A DNA stretch of 64,000 bases, taken from assembly GCF_000142905.1 (NCBI RefSeq), contig NW_013657605.1, forward strand, positions 1-64,000, written 5' to 3'. The DNA is from Thecamonas trahens ATCC 50062. Lineage: Eukaryota > Protista > Apusomonadida. This document shows, piece by piece, positions 53,176-64,000 of this stretch. Numbering within the stretch: the stretch's first letter is position 1; each line of letters begins with the position of its first letter. Below the pieces are notes generated by a model. The model was not told the origin of the DNA. It was given only the letters and a program-made list of their open reading frames with translations, and did not search any database. Both the position numbers and the translations under genes were made by a program.

Positions 53176-54303
53176 TGATGAAGACGACGATGATGATGTC
53201 GATGATGATGTCGATGATGATGAGGATGATGATGATGATGATGATGACGTGGAGGAGGACGTGGAGGAGGATGCTGATGCTGATGCGGACGCGGACGCTG
53301 ATGAGGATGTCGATGAGGATGTCGATGAGGATGCTGATGCCGATGCTGATGACGATGCTGACGCCGAGGCCGAGGTTGATGCCGAGGTTGATGCCGAGGT
53401 TGATGCCGAGGCCGAGGTTGATGCCGCCGAGGCCGAGGTTGACGCCGAGGCCGGCACGTCGGCTGTGGCCGAGTTTGACGCCATTCCCGAGACCAGCCGC
53501 GACAAGATCGAGTCCGAGTTTGGCGGCGCGCTGCCGCTGGAGCGGACGTACGGCGCGGACGAGGTCGAGGTTATTCTGAAGGATGCGCGCAAGGCTGCGC
53601 AAACGTCAGACTCGTACCACATGTCGGAGCAGTACAAGAACGCCATGGAGGGCTACTTGCTGGCTGCACGGCTGCGCGAGCAGTATGTGCGCGCCAAGCG
53701 GGCGTCCATGCTCAAGTTTGAGCAGAACCTCTCGGGCGAACTCAAGGAGATTTCCAAGAAGCGCAAGGCGCGGGTGGCCGAGGCTCGCATCGCCGCCCAG
53801 GAGCGCCGCGACGCCCGCGAGGCCCGTTCGCGCCGAGCAGGCCCGTGCCAGCAAGCTTCGCGAGCGCGAGGCCGCCAACGAGCGTGCTGAGCGTCGCGAG
53901 CGTGAGGAGGCCGAAGCCGAGGCCCGCCGCCGCGAGCGCGAGGCCGAGATCGCCGCCGAAGACGCGGCGTACGCCGAGTCGCGCGCCGCGGCGCCGCCGT
54001 GGCGGCCGTTTCGGACGACGATGATATTGTTGACGACGACGACGTTGTCGACCACATTGATGCTGATGCTGATGAGGATGAGGATGCGGATGAGGATGCA
54101 GATGCTGATGAGGATGCGGATGCTGATGAGGATGCGGATGCTGATGAGGATGCTGATGAGGATGCTGATGCTGACGAGGATGCGGATGCTGACGAGGATG
54201 CGGATGCTGACGAGGATGCGGATGCTGACGAGGATGACGAGGATGACGACGACGACGATGACGCCGATGACGACGACGATGACGACGATGACGATGGCGA
54301 CGA

Positions 54304-54336
<33 letters not shown>

Positions 54337-54403
54337 TGATGATGCCGACGACGACGATGACGACGACGACGATGATGCCGATGACGACGATGACGATGAA
54401 TAA
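52551..54403 (+). CDS. Highly acidic (Asp/Glu) protein with central helical domain; two apparent compensating frameshifts (~53830, ~53993)
   Basis: Putative exon 1 ATGGCTGCAG|GTACGT is phase-compatible with the TAG acceptor at 52964. Poly-D tracts flank a helical segment whose sensible reading shifts frame and then returns. Confidence 0.55.
53097..53247. repeat. (GAC/GAT)n coding microsatellite (poly-Asp)
   Basis: Long GAC run followed by GAT runs; similar DADED/poly-D arrays at ~54060-54400. Confidence 0.9.
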
Positions 54404-54699
54404 GTCGCACGTCTCTCTAAACTGAACCACTTCTTCCCACACCGCCCTCACCCCCCGGCTCTTCATATGTGTGGCCGTGAACCATGCATTGGGGGGGGAG
54501 GGGGGAGGGGGGAGGGAGGGACAATTACCATATCAAGAGGTAACGATAAATTTGCCGGAACAGGAAACGTCAGCCAAAAAGCGAGGCATCGATCAGATCG
54601 GGTCGCCGGGCCACGAACGGTTGCGAGAGGTGGGAAGGGGGGGGGGGGGGGAAGAGGGAGGGAGGAAGAAGCAGACGCAACTCGGACCGTATTGCCAGC

Positions 54700-55341
54700 A
54701 TGTTCCGTACTGGCGTTCTTGCAGGACATGTTGTTGTAGGAGGAGGAGGAGGAGGATTTGGGAGGATGATGTCTGAAGTGGGAAGGGCAATGGTGGTGGG
54801 TATGGGCATGGGAAGGAGAACAGCTGCAACGAGCGTGTACGGAAGCGCGTCATCCTCAAAGGTGACGAATGACCCGTCGGCTGTGGGTATGGGCAAGGGA
54901 GGAGAAGGATCTGGAAAGAATGATGATGGGAATCTGAAAGATGATGTGGTGGCGGTGGCCTCGGAGAAGAAGACTCCGACAATGTCGTCAGGATCGGCCA
55001 GATTGAGGGCTCGTCGAGCAGCAATCTCGCTCACTCCGGCAGCCATGGAGAGAGTCAAGGAGCTGATGAAGGACAACGCAGAGGCTGTTGGTCTTCGTGT
55101 CGGTATCAGGTCGGGTGGTTGCTCTGGGTATGAGTATGACATTTCTATGGCCGAAGGTATGAAAGAGTACGACGAAATCGTAGAGGTCGACGATGTCAAG
55201 GTCTTCATCGATGGTCAGGCCCTGCTCTACGTTCTCGGATCAGAGCTCGACTACTTTACCGATCGCATCACGGCGGAGTTCCGCTTCTCGAACCCGAACG
55301 CCACCTCTACGTGTGGCTGTGGCATCTCGTTCATGGCCTGA
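54700..55341 (+). CDS. ISCA1: Iron-sulfur cluster assembly A-type carrier (IscA/ISCA1)
   Basis: AISLTPAA, GLRVGIRSGGCSGYEY, VFIDGQALLYVLGSELDY, FSNPNATSTCGCGISF; long N-terminal extension. Confidence 0.93.
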   Translation: MFRTGVLAGHVVVGGGGGGFGRMMSEVGRAMVVGMGMGRRTAATSVYGSASSSKVTNDPSAVGMGKGGEGSGKNDDGNLKDDVVAVASEKKTPTMSSGSARLRARRAAISLTPAAMERVKELMKDNAEAVGLRVGIRSGGCSGYEYDISMAEGMKEYDEIVEVDDVKVFIDGQALLYVLGSELDYFTDRITAEFRFSNPNATSTCGCGISFMA

Positions 55342-55504
55342 GCAAGTGGTAGGCACAACTAGGCTACTGCTGTCGTCGGACGCCGGGCCAAGTCGGCAGG
55401 TTTACAGTCTTGTAGCGCAAGGTGTGGGCCGAGTCCGGAGCTCAAGTCGTGATCGCCCTCACAATGGCGCGATGGCTCAAAGATCTGCACAGGCGGGTCG
55501 GTGT

Positions 55505-56014
55505 TCACTCGTACTCGTCGTGGACCAGGCCCGGGCCGACGTTGTTGTAGTACGAGCCGGACCACTCGCGGCCGGCAGCGTCGACAAACTTGCCCTCGCC
55601 GTGGATGGCGTTGGCCACAAACGAGCCTTGGTAAAACGAACCATCTGGCCACTGGTACGTGCCCTGGCCTGAGTACTTGCCGTCGGCCCAATCGCCCGAA
55701 TATGATGCGCCCGACGGGTACGTGTACGATCCCTTGCCGTGCATGACATCATTGCGGAACTCGCCCTCATACTTGGCCTCGCCGTCGATCCACTCGCCCT
55801 TGCCGTGCCGCACAGGCATGCCTGCGCTGTTCACAACGGTCTCACCCTTGTACACCGCGCCTGTCGCCCGATGCAGGAAGATGCCCGTCTCCGCCTCGTC
55901 CTGTCCCGCACCGTCTCCCGCCGCCACGCCGCGCTCCCCCCGTTCGGCACGATCGTCTCCGCGTCGCCCACCGCTCCGTCCCTTCCGCTGGCCACCACCT
56001 CCGCTCGACTGCAT
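55505..56014 (-). CDS. MORN-repeat protein (MORN2-like)
   Basis: Repeats YEGEFRNDVMHGKGSYTYPSG, YSGDWADGKYSGQGTYQWPDG and YQGSFVANAIHGEG. Confidence 0.92.
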   Translation of the reverse strand: MQSSGGGGQRKGRSGGRRGDDRAERGERGVAAGDGAGQDEAETGIFLHRATGAVYKGETVVNSAGMPVRHGKGEWIDGEAKYEGEFRNDVMHGKGSYTYPSGASYSGDWADGKYSGQGTYQWPDGSFYQGSFVANAIHGEGKFVDAAGREWSGSYYNNVGPGLVHDEYE

Positions 56015-56526
56015 GTGTGTGTGCTGCGTGAGTGAAAGCCGTTCCTAATCGATGCCACAACGACGACGACAACGACGACAGTCAGCGCTGTGATGTTGAC
56101 AATGACCACGACCTCGTTGACGACCGTCACCATCAGGATGACCACGACCACGACCCCCCGCCGATGCTGTACATTCATTCCCCCACCCCCCACCCGCGCC
56201 CAATCAAACAATTTTTCCCCCCTCCTCCCCCTCCCTCCCTTCCCCCCTTCCCTTCCCCCACATACCTTTGCGGCAGGTCGGGCACTCCGTGTGCTCCCCG
56301 TCGCCTTCTTCCTCTGCCGAGTACGACCAGACATGGTTCCACACACTCACTACCTGTGCACAAGACAACGTCCTCTCCAGTACCCTCTCTCTCTCTCCGT
56401 TGCTACACCTATGTGCAAGTAAGGTGTGGTGGCCCCTCGCCCCCCCTCCCCCTCCCCCCTCTCCCTCCCTTCCCCTCCTGAGTCGCCATGTGGCCGCGCG
56501 CCGTCGCCAAACGGTGGGCCGTTTTC

Positions 56527-56620
56527 ATCAATCATTTCAATCGTTACTCAATCGTTTCAATCGTTACTCAATCGTTTCAATCATTACTCAATCATTACCT
56601 CAATCGCTACCTCAATCGTC
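56527..56620. repeat. Imperfect 9-12-bp tandem array of TCAATC(G/A)T
   Basis: About 9 copies (tcaatcatt tcaatcgttac tcaatcgtt ...) upstream of the MORN gene. Confidence 0.88.
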
Positions 56621-58153
56621 TCGAGTGGTGGGATCTGCATGTGGAGATGATGGTGGGCGCAATGACGGTGGGGAATCAGTTGAGGACATGACCTAGATGG
56701 AGGGCAGCTGACTCATGGTGGGCTGGCGGATTGGCAGCGTGTGCATGGGAGATGGTAGGTGTCTCAGGGGCGATCAGGGCGTGAGTGTTCGTCCCAGAGG
56801 TGGTTCGGGTCCACAGCAGCGAGGGTGCTGTCAGTGCAGCACGATGCAGCAAAGTACATGGCTGTGGTGACACCGGAAGCAGGACACAAGCGAGATGGCG
56901 TCGATCGCCCTGACCATCGAGCCCAGTACTTTGCTCAGACTAAGCACGAGCCCATCAGCCACCAGAAGATGTTGCTACTACTCAGACGAGCCAGACTGCG
57001 AAGACTGTGGTGTCTGGCCACCGACAACGGCACTCGTCGACTGATCGAGCGGCGAGATGCGTGAGGAGACGAACGACGGCTGAGCAAGATGCGAGCGACC
57101 GGTGCGACGGGCAAGGACTGAGGCACCGACAGCGAGAGCAGTACCCGAGGTGAGGACAAGCATGGCAGCCCATGCAACGCGCGTGCCAAAGATGCCCATA
57201 CTCTGCCCAATGCCGTATGTCGTCGTCAAGTACCTCTCCTCCTCCCGCCGCTACTCCCTCTCACAACCACACTCGTCGTTGACGCGCCGCCTGCGATGCC
57301 GCTTCATGGCCGACTGTCTGTCACCTCCTCCAGCTCGATCCACGTATGTCAACACAAATCCAACCTCATTACCACCACAACCAAGTATTGTGTATATTCC
57401 ATCCCAACTCTCATCCCCATCAGCAAGGCAATGCTCTCGTTTGAGTGATTTCCGTCCTCCCCCTCCCCCCCCCCCCCTCCCACGACAGCTGCCGGTGGCC
57501 GACTCGCCCACTCATATACACCCTCCAGCTTGATCATCCCCTCCCACCCGACATCCAACCCCATCCCAACCACAACCAAACACTTCATACCTCTCATACT
57601 AACTCTCATCCCCATCCGCAACGGCGATGCTCCCATTTGACCCATTCCCGCCCCCCCCCCCTCTCCCCTTTGGGCCACGACCCGTTGATCAGTTGGCCGC
57701 CAACCGCCGGCTCGCCCCTCTCGCCCCCTCTCCCTGCACCCGCTCCCTCCCTCCTCCTCCCTCCACCTCACTCGGGCGAAACCATGCGGTCACGTCGAAG
57801 CGAGGGAGCACGAGCTCGCAACAACTACCGCCGACGTGCCACCTTGCTTCCTACACATGCTCTTCGCACGTATGTTGCTTCATGGGGGGAGGGGGGGGGG
57901 GGAGGGGGGGTGCACCTGGGGAGGGTGCGGGTGGAGGTGGGGATAGCCATGAGTCGGACAAGTAGTATGTGTTGAGGGAAATCGATGTGTGGTTTAGTGT
58001 GGTATAGGAAAATATGTAGTGGGGGACGCGGGTGGGGGTGCTTGGGGGAAAATGGTTGGAGTGTGAGGATGGCTGAGATGGACGTATCAGGTGATGAGGG
58101 GCATGGCCATGGCCACGGGGGATCAAAGTCGAAAACATGTGCCTGCCACCGAA

Positions 58154-58830
58154 CCAGACCTGGAGATGGTCCCCGACCTGGAGATGGGCCCNNNNNNNNN
58201 NNNNNNNNNNNNNNNNNNNNNNNNNNNNNNNNNNNNNNNNNNNNNNNNNNNNNNNNNNNNNNNNNNNNNNNNNNNNNNNNNNNNNNNNNNNNNNNNNNNN
58301 NNNNNNNNNNNNNNNNNNNNNNNNNNNNNNNNNNNNNNNNNNNNNNNNNNNNNNNNNNNNNNNNNNNNNNNNNNNNNNNNNNNNNNNNNNNNNNNNNNNN
58401 NNNNNNNNNNNNNNCAGACCTGGAGATGTCCCAGACCTGGAGATGGTCCAGATCTGGAGATGGTCCCAGACCTGGAGATGGTCCCAGATCTGGAGATGGT
58501 CCCAGACCTGGAGATGGTCCAGACCTGGAGATGGTCCCAGACCTGGAGATGGTCCCAGACCTGGAGATGGTCCCAGACCTGGAGATGGTCCCAGACCTGG
58601 AGATGGTCCCAGACCTGGAGATGGTCCCAGACCTGGAGATGGTCCCAGACCTGGAGATGGTCCCAGACCTGGAGATGGTCCCAGATCTGGAGATGGTCCC
58701 AGACCTGGAGACGGATCCAAACCTGGAGATGGTCCCAGATCTGGAGATGGTCCCAGATCTGGAGATGGTCCCAGACCTGGAGATGGTCCCAGACCTGGAG
58801 ATGGTCCCAGACCTGGAGACGGATCCAGAG
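58154..58830. repeat. 18-bp minisatellite (CCAGACCTGGAGATGGTC)n spanning a gap, probably intronic
   Basis: More than 20 visible copies on both sides of gap 58192-58414, with a few 17-bp and variant units. Confidence 0.96.
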
Positions 58831-58907
58831 CTAGCAACTGGTCGGCATCCGCTGCCTCTACATCTTTCACAATACCATCACTCTATACTCACCTCAGAAA
58901 CCGCTAG

Positions 58908-60747
58908 TGTCGACGACCGCGATCCATGGAGAGTCAAGGTGCGGAAGGAGATGACGAGAGACGCACCATTTGACGACGACCTTCTGCCGATCAAGCCGCG
59001 ATGTGTGGAGGCCAAAGAGCGTGTCAACGCGCTGACCACCGCCATCGAGGCTGTGCCGGACGAGCTGCGCTGCCTTGATCCCGAGGAGCAGCGGGAGGTC
59101 ATGGTGGCGCTCTTTGGCGATTCGGTGCCGCCGGTCCATCCGCTGACACTCTTTGAGGCTGAGGCCGCGCTCGACGGCGACAGTTACTTTACTTCGGGCG
59201 TTGTTGATGCCGGCGCGGCAAGCCACCGCTCGAGCGAGTATGACCACGATGATGGAACAGGCGATTGGAACGAGAGCGGGAGTGTATCGGCCTCGAGTAC
59301 CCGCGACCGCAACACCGACTTTGCCGCTGACCGTATGGCCATGTTTCTCGCAGCTGCCGTCGAGGCACCGACCGAGGGTGAGGCTCGCACCGCCGCTGAG
59401 GCGGGCACGCCTCCACCGCACGCGGCTGGCCTGCCTGCCCCGTCACCAGGCCTCACCGTCTTTCCGTCCAAGTCGCCGGCGCCGTCGTTCTCGCCGGCGC
59501 CACCCATGCACGCCGGCGAGCAGCTCGCACGTCGCCAGCCGGTCGAGCTCAGCGAAGTTGCCAAGCTCCAGCAGTCACACACAACCGCCGGCTCGTTTGC
59601 AAAGATGAAGGATCAGAAAAAGGTGCTGGCCGGTGCGCTCCAGGCGGCGGCATCAGCGCTTTCTGGTCTGCGGCTGGCGCGAAGCGGCGGCGCAGCTGAT
59701 AGCGCGGCCGGTGGCAACTCGCTGGCGTCGCTGCTGGCCGGCCGTGGCCAGCCCGTCACCGACTCGGAAGCGACGGCAGGCTCCGCCGGGCTGGCGCAGG
59801 CCGGAGCCGGCGACGACTCGCGGCGTTCAAGCGCCTCTTACACCGCCGAGGAGCGGATGCAGCTGAAGCAGAAGCTCGCTGAGGACGAGCTTGAGCGGTT
59901 CGAGCGGCTGACCTCGCAGGTGGTGGTCGACTTTACCGAGTTTCTCAAAAAGGTCGGCGAGGACGACCTCGACGCCGACGAGATTGACGCTTTTCTGCCG
60001 TCGCTCTCGGCGCAGGGCCCGTCGTCCAAGTCGACAGTGGTGCGGCTGGAGGCCAAGGACGTGCCGCGGGCACTTGCCCAGCGGATGCACGCCACCCGCA
60101 AGGCAACCAATATAGCACGCCGACGCAAGGCTGCCGAGCGGCAGTCAGCGCCCGCAACGGCGACTGTCAAGGAGGAGCGCCCGCTGCACCTCGTCCACAT
60201 CTCGCGGACTCCACCGCTGCCGACGTCATCATTTGGGCCAAAGCCTCGGCCGCACGTCCCGCGCAAGACCGAGTACGGCAAGTGGTACATCCCGCCGTCC
60301 GAGTGGGCCGCGCCGCGCAAGCCGCCGCCAGGCTCGGGCCCCGAGATCTCGGTTCCGGATGGGGTCGACGCCGCCGCCGCAGGTGCCGCCGCCGCCGCTG
60401 CCGCCGCCAACTCGTCCAAGGTTGCTGAGCTCGCCGAGGACGTGGCGCAGATGAAGTCTTCGCTGCTCTTCCTCGACTGGCTCACCGAGCGCGAGCAGAA
60501 GGACCCACGAGCCAACCCGCTGCCGCCGTCGATTAAGCAGTACGCCGGGATCACCCGCCAGGCCGAGCGCGAGCGCCGCGAGGCCGCCCGCATCCGCGCT
60601 ATGATCGAGCGTCAGCAGCAGCACCACCAAGAGCAGATTATGGCCCAACACCACTCGGCCCACCATCACCACCTCCCGCAGCATCACTCATCACCGCCGG
60701 CCCAGGTCCAGCCGCCGCAACGGTTCCGCAGGCCGCGGCACTCGTAG
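58908..60747 (+). CDS. Hypothetical protein, main exon (possible exon 1 at 57784-57869)
   Basis: About 610 open codons with coding-like usage and the motif RKTEYGKWYIPPSEW. Exon 1 MRSRR...LR ends at an AC|GTATGT donor, phase-compatible with the TAG acceptor at 58907. Confidence 0.65.
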
Positions 60748-60771
60748 CACGTACGGAACGGAGCAAAGAGC

Positions 60772-61621
60772 TCAAAACGGCGGCTGGGTAAAGGTCACTG
60801 TGTTGACGCCATCGCGCGAGTAGAAGATGGTCCGCGGACCGGTCAGCTTGGCAGCGTTCTTCTTGCGCTTCTTTCGCTTCCGCTCCGCCTCCTTGGCCTC
60901 CTCGTCTTCGATAATCTGCTGGAGCGAGGCCATGTTGGCGGCCTCGGTAAGCTTGGCCTCGGCCAGCAGCTCCTCCTGGGTCCACACCTTATCCGGCTTG
61001 CGCTTAGATCTCTTGCGCTTGGAGGCCCGTTGGCGCGCAGCCTCAGCCTTGACCTCCAGTTGCGTCCGCCGGCGGACCGCCGTTGCTCGCGACGACAGCC
61101 GCCGTGAGCCCGGCGACGCCGCAGCCTTGGGCTTGCGCTTACGGCGCTGGGTTTGAGTCGCCGTTCCGCGCGCTGCCGCTGCAGCAGCAGCCGCAGCCCG
61201 CCGCTTGGCCATCAGCGCAGGATCCTTGTATGTCGACCGTTTGCGCACAGTCTCGGGCTCGACCTCCTGCTCCTCACCTGATGACTCGGTGATGTCAAAG
61301 TCCGAGTCGTACTGGTCCTCCTCCGACGACTCGACCACGTAGTTCTCAGCGTCCTCTTTCCACGTCTCGTGGCCCCAGAAGGTCTTGTCAGCCTCGAGCT
61401 CGTCGCCGATGAGCGCGTTCATCCTCCGCCCACGTGTCGCTCGCGATGGCAGTCGAGTTGCCAGCGGCGTCGCTACAACCCTCCGCCGCCGCGCCTCCTC
61501 AGAGTCCTCCTCCGAGGAGCTTGTTCCCGACTCTGAATCCTCATCAGAGCCAAGCTTTGGCTTCTTGTTTGGTTTCTCTGCAGCCGACGACGACGACGAC
61601 GATGACGATGACGACGACGAC

Positions 61622-61663
<42 letters not shown>

Positions 61664-61989
61664 AACGATGTCCGCTTCTTGCGCCGCCGCCGTCGCCGCC
61701 GCTTCCGTCTCGGACCGTTTGCATTCCCACTCGTTGAATTATCTCCAATCTTCCCATTGCCCGACACCTTTTCCTCCTCACCACCGCCACTGCCACCACC
61801 ACCGCCACCGCCACCGCCAGCGACCTCTGCCACCTCAGCAGTGCCGAGCGACTCGTCGGTCAGTGGCGACTTGTTGTCCGCGAGCTCAGTGCCCGCACCA
61901 CCACCACCACCACCACCACCACCACCACCACCATCCCCACTGCCACCACCACCACCATAGTCTTCACCAGCAACCGCCTCGGTAGACAT
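60772..61989 (-). CDS. VPS72: Vps72/YL1 (SWR1/SRCAP H2A.Z chaperone subunit), N-terminal YL1 domain
   Basis: SRATRGRRMNALI...FW...E...Y...DQYDSDFDITE, YKDP and WTQEELLAEAKLTEAANMASL match the YL1 N-terminal family motifs. Confidence 0.85.
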
Positions 61990-62094
61990 CTCCCGCTCCT
62001 GCCTCCTTCCTTGTGTAGTCAGCTGTTACGCTGCGACTCGTGCTCGTGTCCGTCGGCTGTGCCTGTGAGTGGCGGCCGACTCGAATGTTGTACA

Positions 62095-62305
62095 AACATG
62101 GAATTAATCGTTGGGGAGTGTTATCGATTGGGGAACATGTAATTAATCGTTGGGGAGTGTTATCGATTGGGGAACATGGAATTAATCGTTGGGGAATGTT
62201 ATTGATTGGGGAACGTGGAATTAATCGTTGCGGCGGAGGTATCGATTGGGGAACGTGGAATTAATCGTTGCGGGGGGAGGTATCGATTGGGGAACGTGGA
62301 ATTAG
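62095..62305. repeat. 39-41-bp minisatellite (GAATTAATCGTTGGGGAGTGTTATCGATTGGGGAACATG) x5
   Basis: Five tandem units about 100 bp upstream of the VPS72 start. Confidence 0.95.
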
Positions 62306-62981
62306 TGTAGATCAACATGGCCAAGGCAGCAAACCTGGTGATATGCGCGACAATGGACTTGACACTACCGCAAACACCACAAACAGTGGAAGGTACAACC
62401 TAAACAGAAACTATCACTATCATCTTTTCCACAGATAGACACAATGCATGCGACGAATGATATGCAGAGAACGCTGCTCTTGTTGATCAACAATTTGTCG
62501 ACTGCCTCACAATCAATCCTCCCCCTTCAACTCTCCAAGGCACACAATCATCTCAGCATACATCGCACGTTATCATCGTCATTCTTATAATCCCCATCCC
62601 ATCCCGCCCTACGATGACCATCCGCCTGCCTTCCACACTGCCCAACTTGAAAATACTAGCAGAAGCCACCATCAATGAGTCACTCGACATGAGCGGGCAG
62701 AGCAGACGGAGAGAGAGAGAGAGAGAGCAAGTGGCAACCGAGCCACAGCCACAGCCACAGCCTCAGTTATGGCCACAGCTCTCTCTCTCTCTCGCTCGGT
62801 GGTGTGTGAGACTCTGCGGGATACTGAGGAGGAGGTGTTCCATCTCTTTCTCTTTCTCTCTCTCTGTGTGTGTGTGTGAGAGAGAGGACACACCCTCGTC
62901 TGTGAGAGTGTCGGTATGGTGGGCATGGCTGGACGAGTTGTTTGTGGTGTGAGTTGGGCAGTGGTGGACGGAGGTGAATTA

Positions 62982-63512
62982 ATGGCGTATATTGCTATGG
63001 CTGTGGCTGGAATACTCGGTGGGCACATTGGCGCAATGGGTTTATTTTGCTTGTTGACCGCACTCTCCATCGTAGCATCCACAGCTGTCTTTGCTGGCTT
63101 TCCTCCGTGTATGTGTCAGACAACAAAGACAAGGAATCCTCTGCTGGCCTCGTTGTGGTCGACTCGTCTGGCATCTGCTTCTGTCTCTAGTATGTACTCG
63201 GCGAGTGATGGCATCCATGCTGGTGCTCTCACCCTTCGATGTATCATCGCCTCCGTCTTGGCTCTACAGGACGTACCTTGGGCCTGGACTGCTTCGGGTA
63301 TGGCCATCCTTGCGCTGATCATGCAAGGTCGTCATCTCATGGTGCCCTCTGCCCACACTCCCATCGATGCTCCCCTTGTCCCGCTCCTCTCCTGGGACAT
63401 CCGCGATGCTGCCTTTGTCATCTACGCCTTTGTCGTCGCTCTTCTCTACTGTGGCATGTGCCTCGCCGCCAGCCCACCCATTCATCGCGTCACCACCGCC
63501 ACCACCCCCTAG
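62982..63512 (+). CDS. Possible small multi-pass membrane protein
   Basis: ATG-initiated ORF with several hydrophobic stretches; lower GC than neighbours and no recognised motif. Confidence 0.35.
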   Translation: MAYIAMAVAGILGGHIGAMGLFCLLTALSIVASTAVFAGFPPCMCQTTKTRNPLLASLWSTRLASASVSSMYSASDGIHAGALTLRCIIASVLALQDVPWAWTASGMAILALIMQGRHLMVPSAHTPIDAPLVPLLSWDIRDAAFVIYAFVVALLYCGMCLAASPPIHRVTTATTP

Positions 63513-64000
63513 CCTATCATCCCAACCCATGTACACTACTGCTACCTGGTGATCGCAACACGATGAACAATATCAGGATCCCCCCCCCCCCCCCGCTCCT
63601 AACGAACGAACGCCAGCCGTTTCGCGCCCGCCACCACCTGCACCACTTAGCCGACACCCTCCCAGCCCCAGCCACCCCAGCTCCACCTCACTCTCATTGT
63701 CCCCCCTCCCTACNNNNNNNNNNNNNNNNNNNNNNNNNNNNNNNNNNNNNNNNNNNNNNNNNNNNNNNNNNNNNNNNNNNNNNNNNNNNNNNNNNNNNNN
63801 NNNNNNNNNNNNNNNNNNNNNNNNNNNNNNNNNNNNNNNNNNNNNNNNNNNNNNNNNNNNNNNNNNNNNNNNNNNNNNNNNNCCGAACCAATACTCTACG
63901 GACCTACCCCCCCCCCCCCCCCGCCCCCACTAGTGCGACACAGACGACACCGAGGTCACCGACAAGTCCGAGGCGACCTGTGAGTGCGACAAGCGGGAAT

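Noticed and set aside
56978-57198. Small minus-strand ORF MGIFGTRVAWAAMLVLTSG... with one hydrophobic segment
   Set aside because: Only ~73 aa with no recognisable motif; cannot be supported without expression data.
62095-62305. 39-bp repeats as a CRISPR array or coding repeat
   Set aside because: No spacers; the translations (GINRWGVLSIGEH)n are by-products of the repeat.

Overview
GC-rich, gene-dense, intron-poor draft eukaryotic sequence with 8 N-gaps, most next to poly-G/C tracts. The style fits a unicellular flagellate such as the apusomonad Thecamonas trahens; this is inferred, not verified. About 28 protein-coding genes are supported. Recognisable ones: SH2-ARM-TKL kinase, F-box/LRR, TMEM184, ankyrin protein, divergent CAND1, two SDRs, BAR-SH3 protein, MON1, MOB1-family protein, DH-PH GEF, MFS transporter, ASH-domain protein, SLC25 carrier, vault/SPFH-like protein, C2 protein, AidB-type acyl-CoA dehydrogenase, NFKBIL1-like protein, a ~2,400-aa coiled-coil protein, ISCA1, a MORN protein and VPS72/YL1. 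I found no rRNA, tRNA, CRISPR array or transposon. Main observations: (1) an F-box/LRR protein with a Nup98-type GLEBS (Rae1/Bub3-binding) motif; (2) a Pil1/Lsp1 eisosome-like BAR protein fused to an SH3 domain; (3) an orphan disordered protein with KEN-box, D-box and LR-tail motifs resembling an APC/C pseudosubstrate inhibitor; (4) three unrelated tandem arrays plus one looser cluster, all upstream of genes, sharing AATCG/CAATC(G/A)/ATCGAT motifs; (5) a minimal major-vault-like SPFH protein; (6) repeated overlapping or abutting tail-to-tail stop codons. All family assignments come from motif recognition by eye, with no database searches.
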